The notes under the pieces: model-generated
The model's database searches: none
What the model saw: the letters and a program-made list of their open reading frames with translations, nothing else
What the model was told of the DNA's origin: nothing
Assembly (NCBI GenBank): GCA_026770705.1
Contig: JANJGN010000026.1
Location: 38,626,001-38,690,000, forward strand
Length of the DNA: 64,000 nt
Direction of reading: 5' to 3'
Origin: Isurus oxyrinchus
Taxonomy: Eukaryota
Shown here: positions 34,400 through 47,800 of the stretch, one piece after another
How the letters are laid out: each line of letters starts with the position of its first letter
Position numbering within the stretch: position 1 is the stretch's first letter
Translations under genes and position numbers: made by a program

Positions 34400-36880
34400 T
34401 GGTATGTGTAGGAGGATGCAGGGCATTGTGTTCCCATGTGCTTGTTGCCCTTAGTATTCTGGGAGGTGGAGGTCACAGGTATGGAAGGTGTTGTTGAAGA
34501 GGCCTTGGCGAGTTGCTGCAGTGAATTCTGTGGATGTTACATACTGCAGCCACTGTGTATCAGTGGCAAAAAGAGTGAATGTTTAATTCCTGAATGAGGA
34601 GCCTATCAAGGGGTTGATTTCCCCTGGTTGGTGTGGAGGTTCTTGAGTGTTGCTGCAGTTACATTTGTCAAGGAAAGTAAACAATTTCCAACAGGCATTT
34701 GACTTCCAGATTTGCAGATAGTGGAAAGGCTTTGTGGAATCTGGAGGTGAGTTATTCGCCACATGATTCCCAGCCTCTGACCTACTCTTGTAGCCATAGT
34801 ATTTATATGGCTGATCCAGTTCAGTTTCTGTTCAATGCCACCTGCACAACGTTGATTGTGGGTTTCAGTGATGGTAATGTCTTTTGAACGTCAAGGGGAG
34901 ATATTTGGTTCCTTTATTGTTGGAGTTGGTCATTGCCTGGCACTTGAGTGCTGCTTATATCACTTGCAACTTATCAGCTCAAACTTGCCCAGTTCGAGAT
35001 GCAATAAGTAAGGACGGTTTCATCATCTGAGAGGTCATAAATGGAACTGAACACTGTGCAAATATGAGTGAACATCCCCACTCCTGACCCAGCGATGAAA
35101 GGAGGGTCATTGATCAAGCTGCTGAAGATGGTTGGACCAAGGACACTTCTCTGAGAGACTCCTGGAATGATGTCCTGGTGCCGAGATGATTGGTCTTCAA
35201 CAACACAACATCTTCATATTTGCTCGGTGTGACTCCAGCCAGTGGAGAGACTTGCCCCTGATTCCCATTGACCTGACACTTTCCAAGGCTTCCTGATGCC
35301 ACACTCAGTTAATAGCTACTTTGAAATCAAGTACTGAAGGTCTCATACATTATGTCTGGAAGTTCGCTCTCTTGTCCATGTTCAGACCAAGTTTACAATG
35401 AGCTTTGATGCTGGCTGATCCTGGTGGATTCAGTCTGAGCTTTGGTGGGCATTTTGGCGACACCTTCAGTCACTTTACTGATGATTGAGAGTAGACTGAT
35501 TGAGCTGCGAGCGGGCGGACCTAATCTGTTGTCCATTATGTACATTATTCTATCTTCGCGCTATGGTTCATCAATTTCAGGTATGCCTGGTCTTGCTTCT
35601 GACCTGCTGGCCTACATTCCTCATTATTCCCAGGCTGGATGTTAGACTCAAAGACTCAGAGACGTTTACAGCACAGATGGAGGCCATTCGGCTCATCGTT
35701 ACCGCCCCGGTAAACAAAGATCTGATTACACTAATCCCATTTTCCCGCACTTGGCTCATAGCCCTGGAGGCTATGGCAGCTTAAGTGAACATTTAAATCC
35801 TTCTTAAATGTTACTAGAGTTTCTGACTCAACCATCCTTTCGGGCAGTGAGTTCCAAATTCCTACCACCCCCTGGGTGAAAAAGATTCTCCTCAACTCCC
35901 CTCTTAGCCTTCTACCTCTTATCTAAAATCTCTGCTCTCTGGTTTATGACCCCTGTACTAATGGAAAAGGTGCCTTCCTATCCATTCTGCCCATGCCCCT
36001 CAGCACCCCCTCAAGCATCGTTCCCCAAGGAAAACAGCCTAGCATATCCAATCTTTCCTCATAGTTCAGATCCTCCAGCCCAGATAGCATCTTGGTAAAT
36101 CTCCTCTGCACTCTCTCCAATGCAGTCACATACTTCCTAGAAATGTGATGACCAGAACTGCAAGTAGTGCTCCAGTTGTGGCCTAACCAACGTTTTATAA
36201 AGTTCCAGCATAACCTCCCTGCTCTTGTGTTTTATGCCTCAGATAATAAAGGCAAGTAACCCATATGCCTTCTTAACCACCTCATCTACCTGCTCTGCTA
36301 CCTTTAGGAATCTGTGGATAGGCACACTAAGGTTTGAGTGAGGGATATTCTGGTCCATGAGATTACAGGGTGTGATTGAATGCAACTATCCTGCTGTTAA
36401 TGTCCAACAATATCTCGTTAATGCTAAGTTTTGAGCTGCTAGATCTGTTCTGAATGTATCCCATTTAGCACAGCGGCAGTGCCACACAACACAATGGAGA
36501 ATGTGATCAGTGTGAATACCGGCCTGGGTTTCCGCAAGGACAGTGCAGGGGTCAATCACAGTTAAATCAATAGTGTGGTGGGCCGGAGATCAGGTAAGGG
36601 TTTCCTCGTGTTGGCTCTCTAACCATCTGTGGCAGGTCCATCCTGTCAGATACGTCGTTCAGGACTCATCCAGCTCCGGCATTCTTGGTCTTGTCAAATG
36701 GTAAATGATTTTGCAAATTCACAGCATATTCTTTGCCCTTGCAACCCTCAGTGTTTCTTCCACGCAGTGCTAAAGATGATGGAGTACAGATTCATCAGCT
36801 GAGGGAGGGCAATAGGTGGTAATCACCAGGAGGTATCTCCACCCAGATCTTATCTGGTTCTGTGGGACGTCAATATGGTG
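34400..36880 (-). mobile_element. Decayed LINE interrupted by a CR1-like fragment (35650-36330)
   Basis: CR1 piece TALERVQRRFTKMLSGLEDLNYEERLDMLG. The flanks are the reverse complement of the LINE family at 21830-22410. Confidence 0.7.
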
Positions 36881-37910
36881 TCAATATTGCTGCATTCCAC
36901 CGTGTTTCTGTTAATATTACACTCAGCCTGTCTCATTGTTACTGCTCTAGTCCGTGATTCTGTTTCTGTAACACTGGACTCTGTCTCAGTTATTGCTGCT
37001 CTCCACCATGCCTCTGTTTATACTACACTGGGCCTGTCTCATTGTTACTGCTCTAGTCCATGTTTCTGTTTCTGTAACATTAGGTCCTGTCTCAGTTATT
37101 TATGTAATTGTCCTCAGTTTATATTACATTAGTAAATTCCCTTACTTTATTGCACTAGACCCTGAAAATAGGAGTTAAATGGTTTAATTCAAACAGCTGC
37201 AAAAAAGAGAGGTCTGCAGATTATGAACACAAATCTGGGATGCAGGTAGGACAAGTTATAACATCTAAATAGGCACCCATGTTAATTGTTCCCACCATCT
37301 TGCTGCCTTATCTTCACTATTTCCACCCCAGCCAATTTCCATATTATTGCACGTGTGCAATGCAGTAATAACAGAGGCAGGGTCTAATGTAATTTAAATA
37401 CAGATATGATCTAGCACAGAACTGAGACAGTGGCTACTGAAATACAGAGACAGTTCTAGATTAATATATACAGAGAAAGGTCAATTATAATATAAACAGA
37501 GACAGGGCCTTGTTTAATAGAAGCAAAGACAGGATCTAGAGTAATATAAACAGAAACGGCGTCCAGTGTAAAATAAATAGAGACAGGGTCTAGTGTAACA
37601 TAAACAGAAACAGGGTCTAGTGTAATATAAACCGGGGCAGGGCCTAGTGCAATATAAACAGAGACAGCATCTCATGCAATATAAACAGAGGCAGGTCGAA
37701 TATAATATAAAGAGACATGTTGAGTGTCATATAAACAGGGGCAGGGCCTAGTGCAATGTAAACAGAGACACTGTCTAGTGCAATATAAACAGAGACATGT
37801 TGGGTGCAACATAAACAGGAACAGGGCCTAGTGTAATACAAACAGAGGCAGGGTCGACTGTAATATAAACAGAGACAGGGTCACGGTCGAATGCAATATC
37901 AAGACAGGGT
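36880..37910. repeat. 27-bp minisatellite family, plus block (36880-37165) and minus block (37360-37910)
   Basis: The minus block reads agagacagggtctagtgtaatataaac, the reverse complement of the array unit. Confidence 0.88.
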
Positions 37911-38850
37911 CTACTGTCCCATCAAACACTCCCAGGGCAGATGCAGCATGGGGCTAGTCACAGAATTTAAAGCTACCTCTACATTGTCACATTGAACACT
38001 CCCAGGGCAGGTACAGCACGGGTTAGATACGGTTGGACACGGTCTAGTGTAATGCATAGACAAGGCCCACGGCTCCATCAAACAGCCCCAGGGCAGATGT
38101 AGCATGGGGCTACATTAATAATGTAAAGTTCCCTCTGCATTGCCATATGAAAATCTCCCAATGCAGGTATAGCATGAGTTAGATTCAGAGTGAATCTCCC
38201 TCGACACTGTCGCCATCAAACATTTCCAGGACAGGTGCAGCGCAGTTCAGAAACAGGGTAAAACTTCCTCTACATTGTCCGCTCAAACACAGTTGAGGCA
38301 TTTAGGGTAAGGGTTCTATGCAGTGTAAAGTTTCCTCTGCACTCTTCATCAGACATTTCCCAGGAAGCTCGGCACTGGGGGCAGGTAAAGAGGAAAGCTG
38401 CCTCTGCGCCATCACATCAAGTATTTCCAGGGCTTAGATAGGGGCAAATCCCCCTCTACAATGTCTACAGCCATGTCAAATATAGCGTGGTTTAGATGCA
38501 GAGTAACACTCCCTCTAAACTACCCTATCAATTACTCCCAGGGCAGGTATAGCACAGTTTAGATACAGAGTAAATCTCCCTCTACACAGTCGTATCAAAC
38601 ACTCCCAGGGCAGTCACTGTGCAGGTTAGGTGCAAAGTAAAGCTCCCTCTACACTCCATCAGACACTCCAAAGGCAGGAACAGCACGGGTTAGATACAGG
38701 GAAAGATCCTTCGGCACGGCCACATCAAATCTACGCTACAGGCTGCAACACAGGTTTGATACAGCGTAGTTTCATCTGCAGTTTCCCACCAAGCACTCTC
38801 AAGTCCGTGAATGCTCGAAACAGATTTAGAATAAAGTTCCCTCTACGGAT
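37910..38850 (+). repeat. ~67-bp tandem repeat (CCATCAAACACTCCCAGGGCAGGTACAGCACGGGTTAGATACAGAGTAAAGCTCCCTCTACACTGTC)
   Basis: ~13 degenerate copies; related copies at 21570-21830, 22410-22570 and 8120-8200. Confidence 0.88.
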
Positions 38851-40807
38851 TATAATCCATTTCATTCGATCAATTTATTTGAAGTGTATGAACCGGGTTG
38901 AGAAAATATATTGGCTAGACATTGACTTCATGTTGTGGAGTAAAGACAGTGACCCATGGTGGAGAGACAAGACAAAGTACCAGAGAGGAGAAAGAGACAG
39001 AGAGAGAGGATACAGGACATCCCTACAAACACATTTGCCATGACATTATATTTCATGATAAGTGGGAATCTTACTTAATTCTGAACAGAGATATCATCGT
39101 GACATAATTCTCATTTAACTGATTTTAAAAATGCCCAAAAAACAATTGCTACTGAAATCGGTTGATGTATTTGCATGTTTGACTCTATTTTTGTGCTATG
39201 TTGATGGGGAAATATTTACTGTGCTTTTGTGTCTCCAGAATCTAATCTGGGACTTCTATTTCTGTGTTTATTTACATAAACGCCTCACTGATTTCAATTA
39301 AGTGTTCATGGCAGCAAAACCAGATAAACGCAGACACTTATTGATTGGTTTCAACTCAAAACAAGAGTTTATTTTAAGAATATTGACAGTTGGTATAAAA
39401 TTAATAGAAACATTTTCAACATCCATTAGAACAGATGTTATTTATTTCAAATAATTAAAAATACATTTAAATTAATAATTCAATTCTGAAAGTTCTACTG
39501 TCACAATCAATGATGAATATTTGAACAGGCTGGGATTACACTCAATGTCAATTTGTTGGAAGATTTAACCGATTAAAAATGGACAATTTAAAACAGCAGC
39601 CACAGGAGCGACCTATAATCATATTAATCTCAAAGTTTTCAACATATCACAACTAGCATTTTTAAATGTTAACATTTAGGAAGAATTTACATTTATAGAA
39701 CGCTGCTTACGACCCCATGAAATCCTAAAGCCCTTGAAATTCGCTGATGTACATTTGTTGAAGTTTAGTCACTGCTGTAATATTGGAAATCCATCCGGTG
39801 ATTTGTGCACAGCAAGCTCCCACGAATAGAGCTGCAAAAACTGATGAGATAATATGTGATTTTAGTTGAAGAATGAATACTGGTCTAGAATAGTGGGGAG
39901 AACAGTCCTGCTCTATAGATTGGTACCAAGGGAGATTTTGCACCTGTCATCAGCCTGAACGTTTGACCTGTTTCTCTCTCTATTGATGCCCACTGACCTG
40001 CTGAGTGGTTATTTTTTGCCCTGCTTTAGATTTCCGGAACCCGCAGTATTTTGCAGTGTTTTAATTCGTTCTTGGGATATGGGCATCAATGATGAATTAA
40101 TTCTTGCACTTGGCCCTGTCTCAGTTTATTCTAGTCCAGACCATATATCAGGAATCACTGCACTAGACACTGTCTCAGTTTATATTAATTTAGACCCTGT
40201 ATCATTAATTGCTGCAGTGAACCCTGTCTCAGTTTACATTAATCTAGACCCTGTGTCAGTCATCTCTGCACTGGACATTGTCTGAGTTTATGTTAATCTA
40301 CACCCTGCATCAGTAACCACTGCACTAGGCCCTGTCTCAGTTTCTATTAATCTCGACCCTGAATTAGTAATGACTGCATGGACATTGTCCGAATTTATAT
40401 TGATCAGGACCATGTATCAGTAAACACTGCACTGGACCCTATCTCAGTTTCTATTAATCTTGACCCTGTATTAGTAATGACTGCTCTAGGCCCTGATTCA
40501 GTTTATATTAGTCCAGACCTTCTAACAGTAATCATTGGAAAGGACACTGCCTCAGTTTATATTGATCCTGATCCTGTATCATTAATTACTACACCTGTCT
40601 CAGTTTATATTGATCCTGATCCTGTATCATTAATTCCTGCACTAGCCCCTGTCCTAGTTTATAATAATCTTATCCCTGTGTCAGTAATCACAGCACTCGG
40701 CCCTGCCACAGTTTGTATTAATCTAGATTCTGTGTCAGTAATCACTGCACTAGACACTGTCTCACTTGATATTGATCTAGACCTGTATCAGTAATCAGTT
40801 TATACTA

Positions 40808-41885
40808 TCACAGAATCACAGAATCACACAGTGCAGAAGAGGCCCTTTGGCCCATCGAGTCTGCACAGACACGTGAAAAACACCTGACCTACCTGCCTAA
40901 TCCCATTTATAGCACTTGGCCCATAGCCTTGAATGTTATGATGTGCCAAGTGCTCATCCAAGTACTTTTTAAAGGATGTAAGGCAACCCACCTCCACCAC
41001 CCTACCAGGCAGCACATTCCAGACCATCACCACCCTCTGGTTAAAAAAGGTTTTCCTCAAAAGCCCCCTAAACCTCCTGCCCCTCACCTTGAACTTATGT
41101 CTCCTTGTGACTGACCCTTCAACTATGGGCAACAGCTGCTCCCTATTCACTCTGTCCACACCCCTCATAATCTTGTACACCTCGATCAGGTCTCCCCTCA
41201 GTCTTCTCTGCTCCAATGAAAATAACCCAACCTTTCTTTATAACTTAAATGTTTCATACCAGACAACATCCTGGTGAATCTCCTCTGCACCCTCTCCAGT
41301 GCATCACATCCTTCCTATAATGTGGCGACCAGAACTGCATATGGTATCAAGCTGTGACCTCACCAAGGTTCCATACAAGTCCAACATGGCCTTCCTACTT
41401 TTGTAATCTATGCCTCGATTGATAAAGGCAACTGTCTCATATGCCTTTTTCACCACCCCACTAAGATGCCCCTCCGCCTTCAGAGACCTATGGACACACA
41501 CGCCAAGGTCCCTTTGTTCCTCAGAACTTCCTAGTGTCATCCCATTCATTGAATATTTCCTAGTCAAATTACTCCTTCAAAGATGTATCACCTCGTACTT
41601 TTCAGTGCTAAATTCCATCTGCCACTTATCTGCCCATTTGACCATTCCATCTATATCTTCCTGTAGCCCAAAACACTCAACATCAGTTAACCAACCAGCC
41701 AATCTCTGTATCCTCCGCAAACTTACTAATCCTACCCCACATGTAGGCATCTACTTTCGTTTATATTAATAACAAATAATCGGGGACCCAGCACAGATCC
41801 CTGTGGTACTGGACCCTGGCTTCCAGTCACTAAAGCGTCTTTCTGTCATCACCCTCTGTCTCCTACAACTAATCCAATTTTAGAA
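40808..41885 (-). mobile_element. CR1-like LINE inserted in the minisatellite
   Basis: Same subfamily as 1419-2965, with a (cacagaat)n tail and RRLRGDLIEVYKIMRG. Confidence 0.93.
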
Positions 41886-44800
41886 TTATATTCTTCCCTG
41901 CCTCAGTTTTTATCAATCTAGACCCTGTATCTGTAATCACCGTACTAGACGTTGTCTTCCTTACATTACTTTAGAGCATCAGTAATCACTGCACTGTGCC
42001 CTGCCACAGTTTATATTGAGCTAGACCATGTATCAGTAGTCTCTGCACTAGATCTGTCTCAGAATATAATAATCTAGATCCTGTATCTGTATTCTCTGCA
42101 CTTGAGGCTCTCTCAGTTTATATTAATCTAGACCCTGTAACATTACTTACTGCACTAGGTCCTGTCTCAGTTTTTATCAATCAAGACCCTGGATCAGTAA
42201 TCACTGCAATGGAAAACAAAAACAGAATTACCTGGAAAAACTCAGCAGGTCTGGCAGCATCGGCGGAGAAGAAAAGAGTTGACGTTTCGAGTCCTCATGA
42301 CCCTTCATTGTCTCAGTTGACTTTGATCTAAACCCTGTATCAGTAATCATTGCAACAGACCCTGTCTCAGTTTATATTAATTTAGTCCCTGCAGCAGTCA
42401 TCACTGCAAGATCTCCTGTCCCAACTGTATTTATCTGGGCCCTGTATCAGTGAACACTTCACCAGGCCATGTCTCAATTTATGTTGATTCAGACCCTGCA
42501 TCAGTAATTACTGCACAAGAGCCTGTCTCAGTTTATATTAATCAAGACCCTGTTTCAGTAATCACTGCATTCGACCCTGTTCTGGTATTAATAATTTGCA
42601 CCCTGAACCTAAAAGCACTGCACTGGACTGCTTCTCAGTTTATATTAATCTAAAGCCTGTACCTGTAGTCACTGCACTAGGCCCTGTCCCATTTTATATG
42701 CATCCAACCCTGCAACACAAATCACGGCACCAGGCCTTGTCTCAGTTTATATCAATCTAGACCCTATACCAGTAATCACTACACTAGACGCAAGTCATTT
42801 TATATCAGTTTGGACTTTATGCCAGTAATCACTGCACTTGACACTCTCTGAGTTTATATTAATCTCGGCCCAGTATCAGTAATCCCTGCACTATGTCCTG
42901 CCGAGGTTTTCTTTTATCAATCTAGACCCTGTATCAGTTATCACTGCCTCATCCCAGTTATATTTATCTAGGCCCTATATCAATTAACACATCACCAGGC
43001 CCTTTCTCAGTTTATGTTAGTCCAGACCGTGTATCAGTAATTACTGTACAAGAGCCTGTCTCAGTTTATATTAATCAAGACCCTTTTTCAGTAATCACTG
43101 CACTCGTCCCTGTTCTGGTTATAATAAACTGCACACTGAATCTATAATCACTGCACTTGGCCCTCTCTCAGTTTCTATTAACCTAGACCTTGTATCAGTA
43201 ATCACTGCAGTAGTCCCTGCCTCAGTTCATATTTATCTTGGCCCTGTATCAGTAATCACTGCATTAGACATTGTCTGAGTTTGTATTGATTGAGACCCTG
43301 TGTCAGTAATTACTGCACAAGAACCTGTCTCCGTTTATATTAAGCTAGATCCTGTGCTTGTAATCACTACACTAGGCCATGCCTCAGTTCATATTAATCG
43401 AGACCATGTATCAGTAATCACTGCACTAATCACTATCTCAGTTTTATTTTTATCAAGACCTAGGATCAGTAATCACTGCCCTAGACACTGTCTCATTTTA
43501 TACTGATGTACACCCCATAACTGTAATCGCTTCAATGGACACTGTTTCAGTTTATATTGACCCTGATCCTGTATCATTAATCACTGCACTATCCCCTGTC
43601 CTAGTTTATGTTAATCTAGTCCCTGTGACAGTAATCACTGCAATATGGCTTGCCTCAGTTCATATTAATCTAGACCCTAAATCAGTAACTGCTGCACTGC
43701 GCCCTGACTCAGTTCATATTAATTTAGGCCATGCATCAGTAATCAGTGCAATGGACACTGTCTCAGTTTATATTGATATTGATCCTGTATCATTAATCAA
43801 TGCACTAGCCTCTGTCCTAGTTTATATTCACCTCGACCCTGCATCAGTAATCACTGCACTATGCCCTGCCTCCATTTTTATCATCTAGACCCTGTATTAG
43901 TAATCAGTGCACTAGTCTCATTTTACATTAATCTAGACCCTGTATCAATAATCACTGCACTGGCCACTGTCTCAGTTTATATTGATCCAGACCCTGTATC
44001 AGTAATCCTGGCATTAGAGCCTGTCTCATTTTATATAAATCAAACCCTGTATAATAATCAGTGCAATGAGCACCCTCACTTTATATTGTTCTAGATCCTG
44101 TATCGGTAATCACTGCACTAGCCGCTGTCCTCGATTTTATTTATCTTGGCCCTGCAACACTAGTCACTGTACTATGGCCTGCCTTAGTTTATATCAATCC
44201 AGGTCCTTTATCAGTAATAACTTCGCTGGACCCTGTCTCCATTTATATGAGTCCAGACCCTGTGCCAGTAATCACTGCACTGGCCCTTATCCCAATATAT
44301 ATTTATGTCAACCGTCTCTGTTTATACTGATCTGGACGCTGTGCCAGTAATCACTGCACTAGACCCAACATCAGTTTATATCAATCCATATCCTGGATCA
44401 GTAATCACTGCACTAGTCCCTGTCTCTGTTTATATTGATCTGGACGCTGTGCCAGTAATCACTGCACTAGACCCAGAATCAGTTTATATCAATCCATATC
44501 CTGTATCAGTAATCACTGCACTAGACCTTATCTCAGTTTAAATGAGTCCAGAACCTGTATCAGTAATGACAGATCTAGAGAATGCCTCCACTTATTTTAG
44601 TCCAGACACTGTAACAGTAATCACTGTTCTAGCCCCTGTCCCAGTTTATACTTATCTAGACCATGGATCAGTTATCACTGCACAATGCCCTGTCTCAGTT
44701 TCTGTCAAGCTAGAGCCTGCATCAGGAATCACTGCACTAGACCCCATCTCAGTTTATATTAATCAAGACCCCGTGTCAGTAATCACTCCACTGGACACTG

Positions 44801-47800
44801 CCTCAACTTATATTGATCTAGACCATGTATCAGTAATCACTGCACTAGGCCCTGTCTCAGTTTATATTAGCCCTAGAGCCTTGTTCAGTAATTACTGCAA
44901 TACAGCCTGCCTCAGTTCATATTAATTTAGGCCATGTATCAGTAATTACTTCAATGGACACTACCTCAGTTTATATTGACCCTGATCCTGTATCATTAAT
45001 CAATGCACTACCCTCTGTCCTGCATTATATTTACCTTGGCCCTGCATCAGTAATCCGTGCACTAGGCTCTGTCTCAGTTTACATTAATCTAGACCTTGTA
45101 TCAGTAATCACTGCACTATACCCTGCCTCTGTTTTTATCATCTAGACCCTGTATCAATAATCATCACACTAGGGTCTGTCTCAGTTTATATTAATCTAGA
45201 CCCTGTATCAGTAATCACTGCACTGGACACTGTCTCAGTTTATATTGATCTAGATCATGTAGCAGTAATCACTGCACTAGACCCTGTCTCAGTTTATATT
45301 AGCCCTAGAGCCTTGTTCAGTAATTACTGCAATATGGCCCGCCTCAGTTCATATTAATTTAGGCCATGTATCAGTAATTACTTCAATGGACACTGTCTCA
45401 GTTTATATTGACCCTGATCCTGTATCATTGATCAATGCACTAGCCTCTGTCCTGCTTTATATTTACCTTGGGCCTGCATCAGTAATCACTGCACTAGGCT
45501 CTGTCTCATTTTATATTAATCTAGACTCTGTATCAGTAATCATCACACTAGGCTCTGTTTCAATTTATGTTAATCTAGACCCCGTATCGGTAATCACTGC
45601 ACTGGACACTGTCTCAGTTTATATTGATCCAGCCCCTGTATCAGAAATCACTGCACTAGGCTCTGTCTCAGTTTACATTAATCTAGACCCTGTATCAGTA
45701 ATCACTGCACTATGCCCTGCCTCTGTTTTTATCATCCAGACCCTGTATCAGTAATCATCACACTAGGCTCTGTCTCAGTTTATGTTAATCTAGACCCTGT
45801 TTCAGTAATCACTGCACTGGACACTTTCTCAGTTTATATTGATCCAGACCCTGGATCAGCAATCACTGCAGTAGGCCCAGTCTCAGTTTATATTTGTCTC
45901 GGCCCTGTATCAATAATCTCTGCACTGGACATTGTCTGAGTTTATATTAATCTTGACCCTACTTCAGTTTTCATTGCACTGGACCCTGTCTCAGATTCTA
46001 TTGAACTAGACCCTGTATTAGTAATGACTGCACTGGACATTGTCTGAGTTTATATTGATCAGGACCATGTATCAGTAAACACTGCACTAGAACCTGTCTC
46101 AGTTTCTATTAATCTAGCCATCTATGTCGTTTATATAAATGACAAATAATAGGGGACACAGCACAGATCCCTGTGCTACGCCACTGGACACTGGCTTCTA
46201 GTAACTAGTATCTAAAGCATCCTTCTGTCATCATCCTCTGTCTCCTACAATAAAGCCAATCTTTGAATTATATCCTGCCCTGCCTCAGTTTTTATCAATC
46301 TAGACCCTGTATCAGTAATCACTATACTAGGCCTTGTCTCAGTTTACATTAATTTAGAGCCTGCATCAGTAATCACTGCACTGTGCCCTCCGCAGTTTAT
46401 ATTAATCAAGACCCCGTGTCAGTAATCACTGCTCTGGATACTGCCTCAATTTATATTGAGCTAGGCCATGTATCAGTCATCTCTACACTAGACCTGTCTC
46501 AAATTATATTAATCTAGACCCTATATCTGTAATCTCTGTACTTGAGGCTCTCTCAGTCGATTTTAATCTAGCCCCTGTAACATTAATCGCTGCATTAGGC
46601 CCTGTCTCAGTTTTTATTAATCAAGACCTGTATCAGTATTCACTGCAGTAGAAACTGTCTCAGTTGATGTTGATCTAGACCCTGTCTCAGTTTATACTGA
46701 TCCTGGTCCCACATCTGTTATCTCTGCACGAGACTCTGTCTCACTTTACATTAGCCCAGTCCCTCTATCAGTAATCACTGCACTAGATCCAGTCTCAGTT
46801 TATATTAATTTAGTCACTGCAACAGTAATCACTGCAAGAGCTCCTGTCGCAGTTATATTTATCTGGGCCCTGTATCAGTGAACACTTCACCAGGCCATGT
46901 CTCAGTTTATGTTGGTTCAGACCCTGTATCAGTAATTACTGCACAAGACCCTGTCTCAGTTTATATTAATCAAGACCCTGTTTCAGTACTCATTGCACCC
47001 GACCCTGTTCTAGTAATAATAATTTGTACCCTGAACCTAAAAGCACTGCACTGGACTGTTTCTCAGTTTCAATTAATCTGGACCCTGTACCTGTAATCAC
47101 TGCACTGGACCCTGTCCCATTTTTCTGCACCCAACCCTGTAACACAAATCATGGCACTCGGCCTTGTCTCAGTGTATATCAATCTAGGCCCTGTATCAGT
47201 AATCACTGCATTAGATCCTACGTTTTTATAAGAATTTGGACCCTATATCAGCAATCACTGCACTTGAGCCTCTCTGACTGTATATTAATCTCGGCCCAGT
47301 ATCAGTAATCCCTGCACCATGCCCTGCCTCAGCTTTTTTTTATGAATCTAGACCCTGTTTCAGTTATCCCTGCACTAGGCCCCATCTCGATATCGATATT
47401 AACCTTAGACCCTGTATCAGTAATCACTGCCCGAGTCCCTGTGCCAGTTATATTTATCTAGGCCCTGTATCAATGAACACATCACCAGGCCCTGTCTCAG
47501 TTTATGTTAGTTCAGACCATGGATCAGTAATTACTGCACAAGAGCCTGTCTCAGTTTATGTTAATCAAGACCCTGTTTCAGTAATCACTGCACTTGTCCC
47601 TGTTCTGGTTATTATAATCTGCACCCTGAATCTATAATCACTGCACTTGGCCCTCTCTCAGTTTCTGTTAACCTAGACCCTGTACCAGTAATCACTGCAG
47701 TAGGCCCTGCCTCAAGTTATATTTATCTCGGCCCTGTATCAGTAATCACTGCCTTGGGCATTGTCTGAGTTTATATTGATTGAGACCCTGTATCAGTAAT

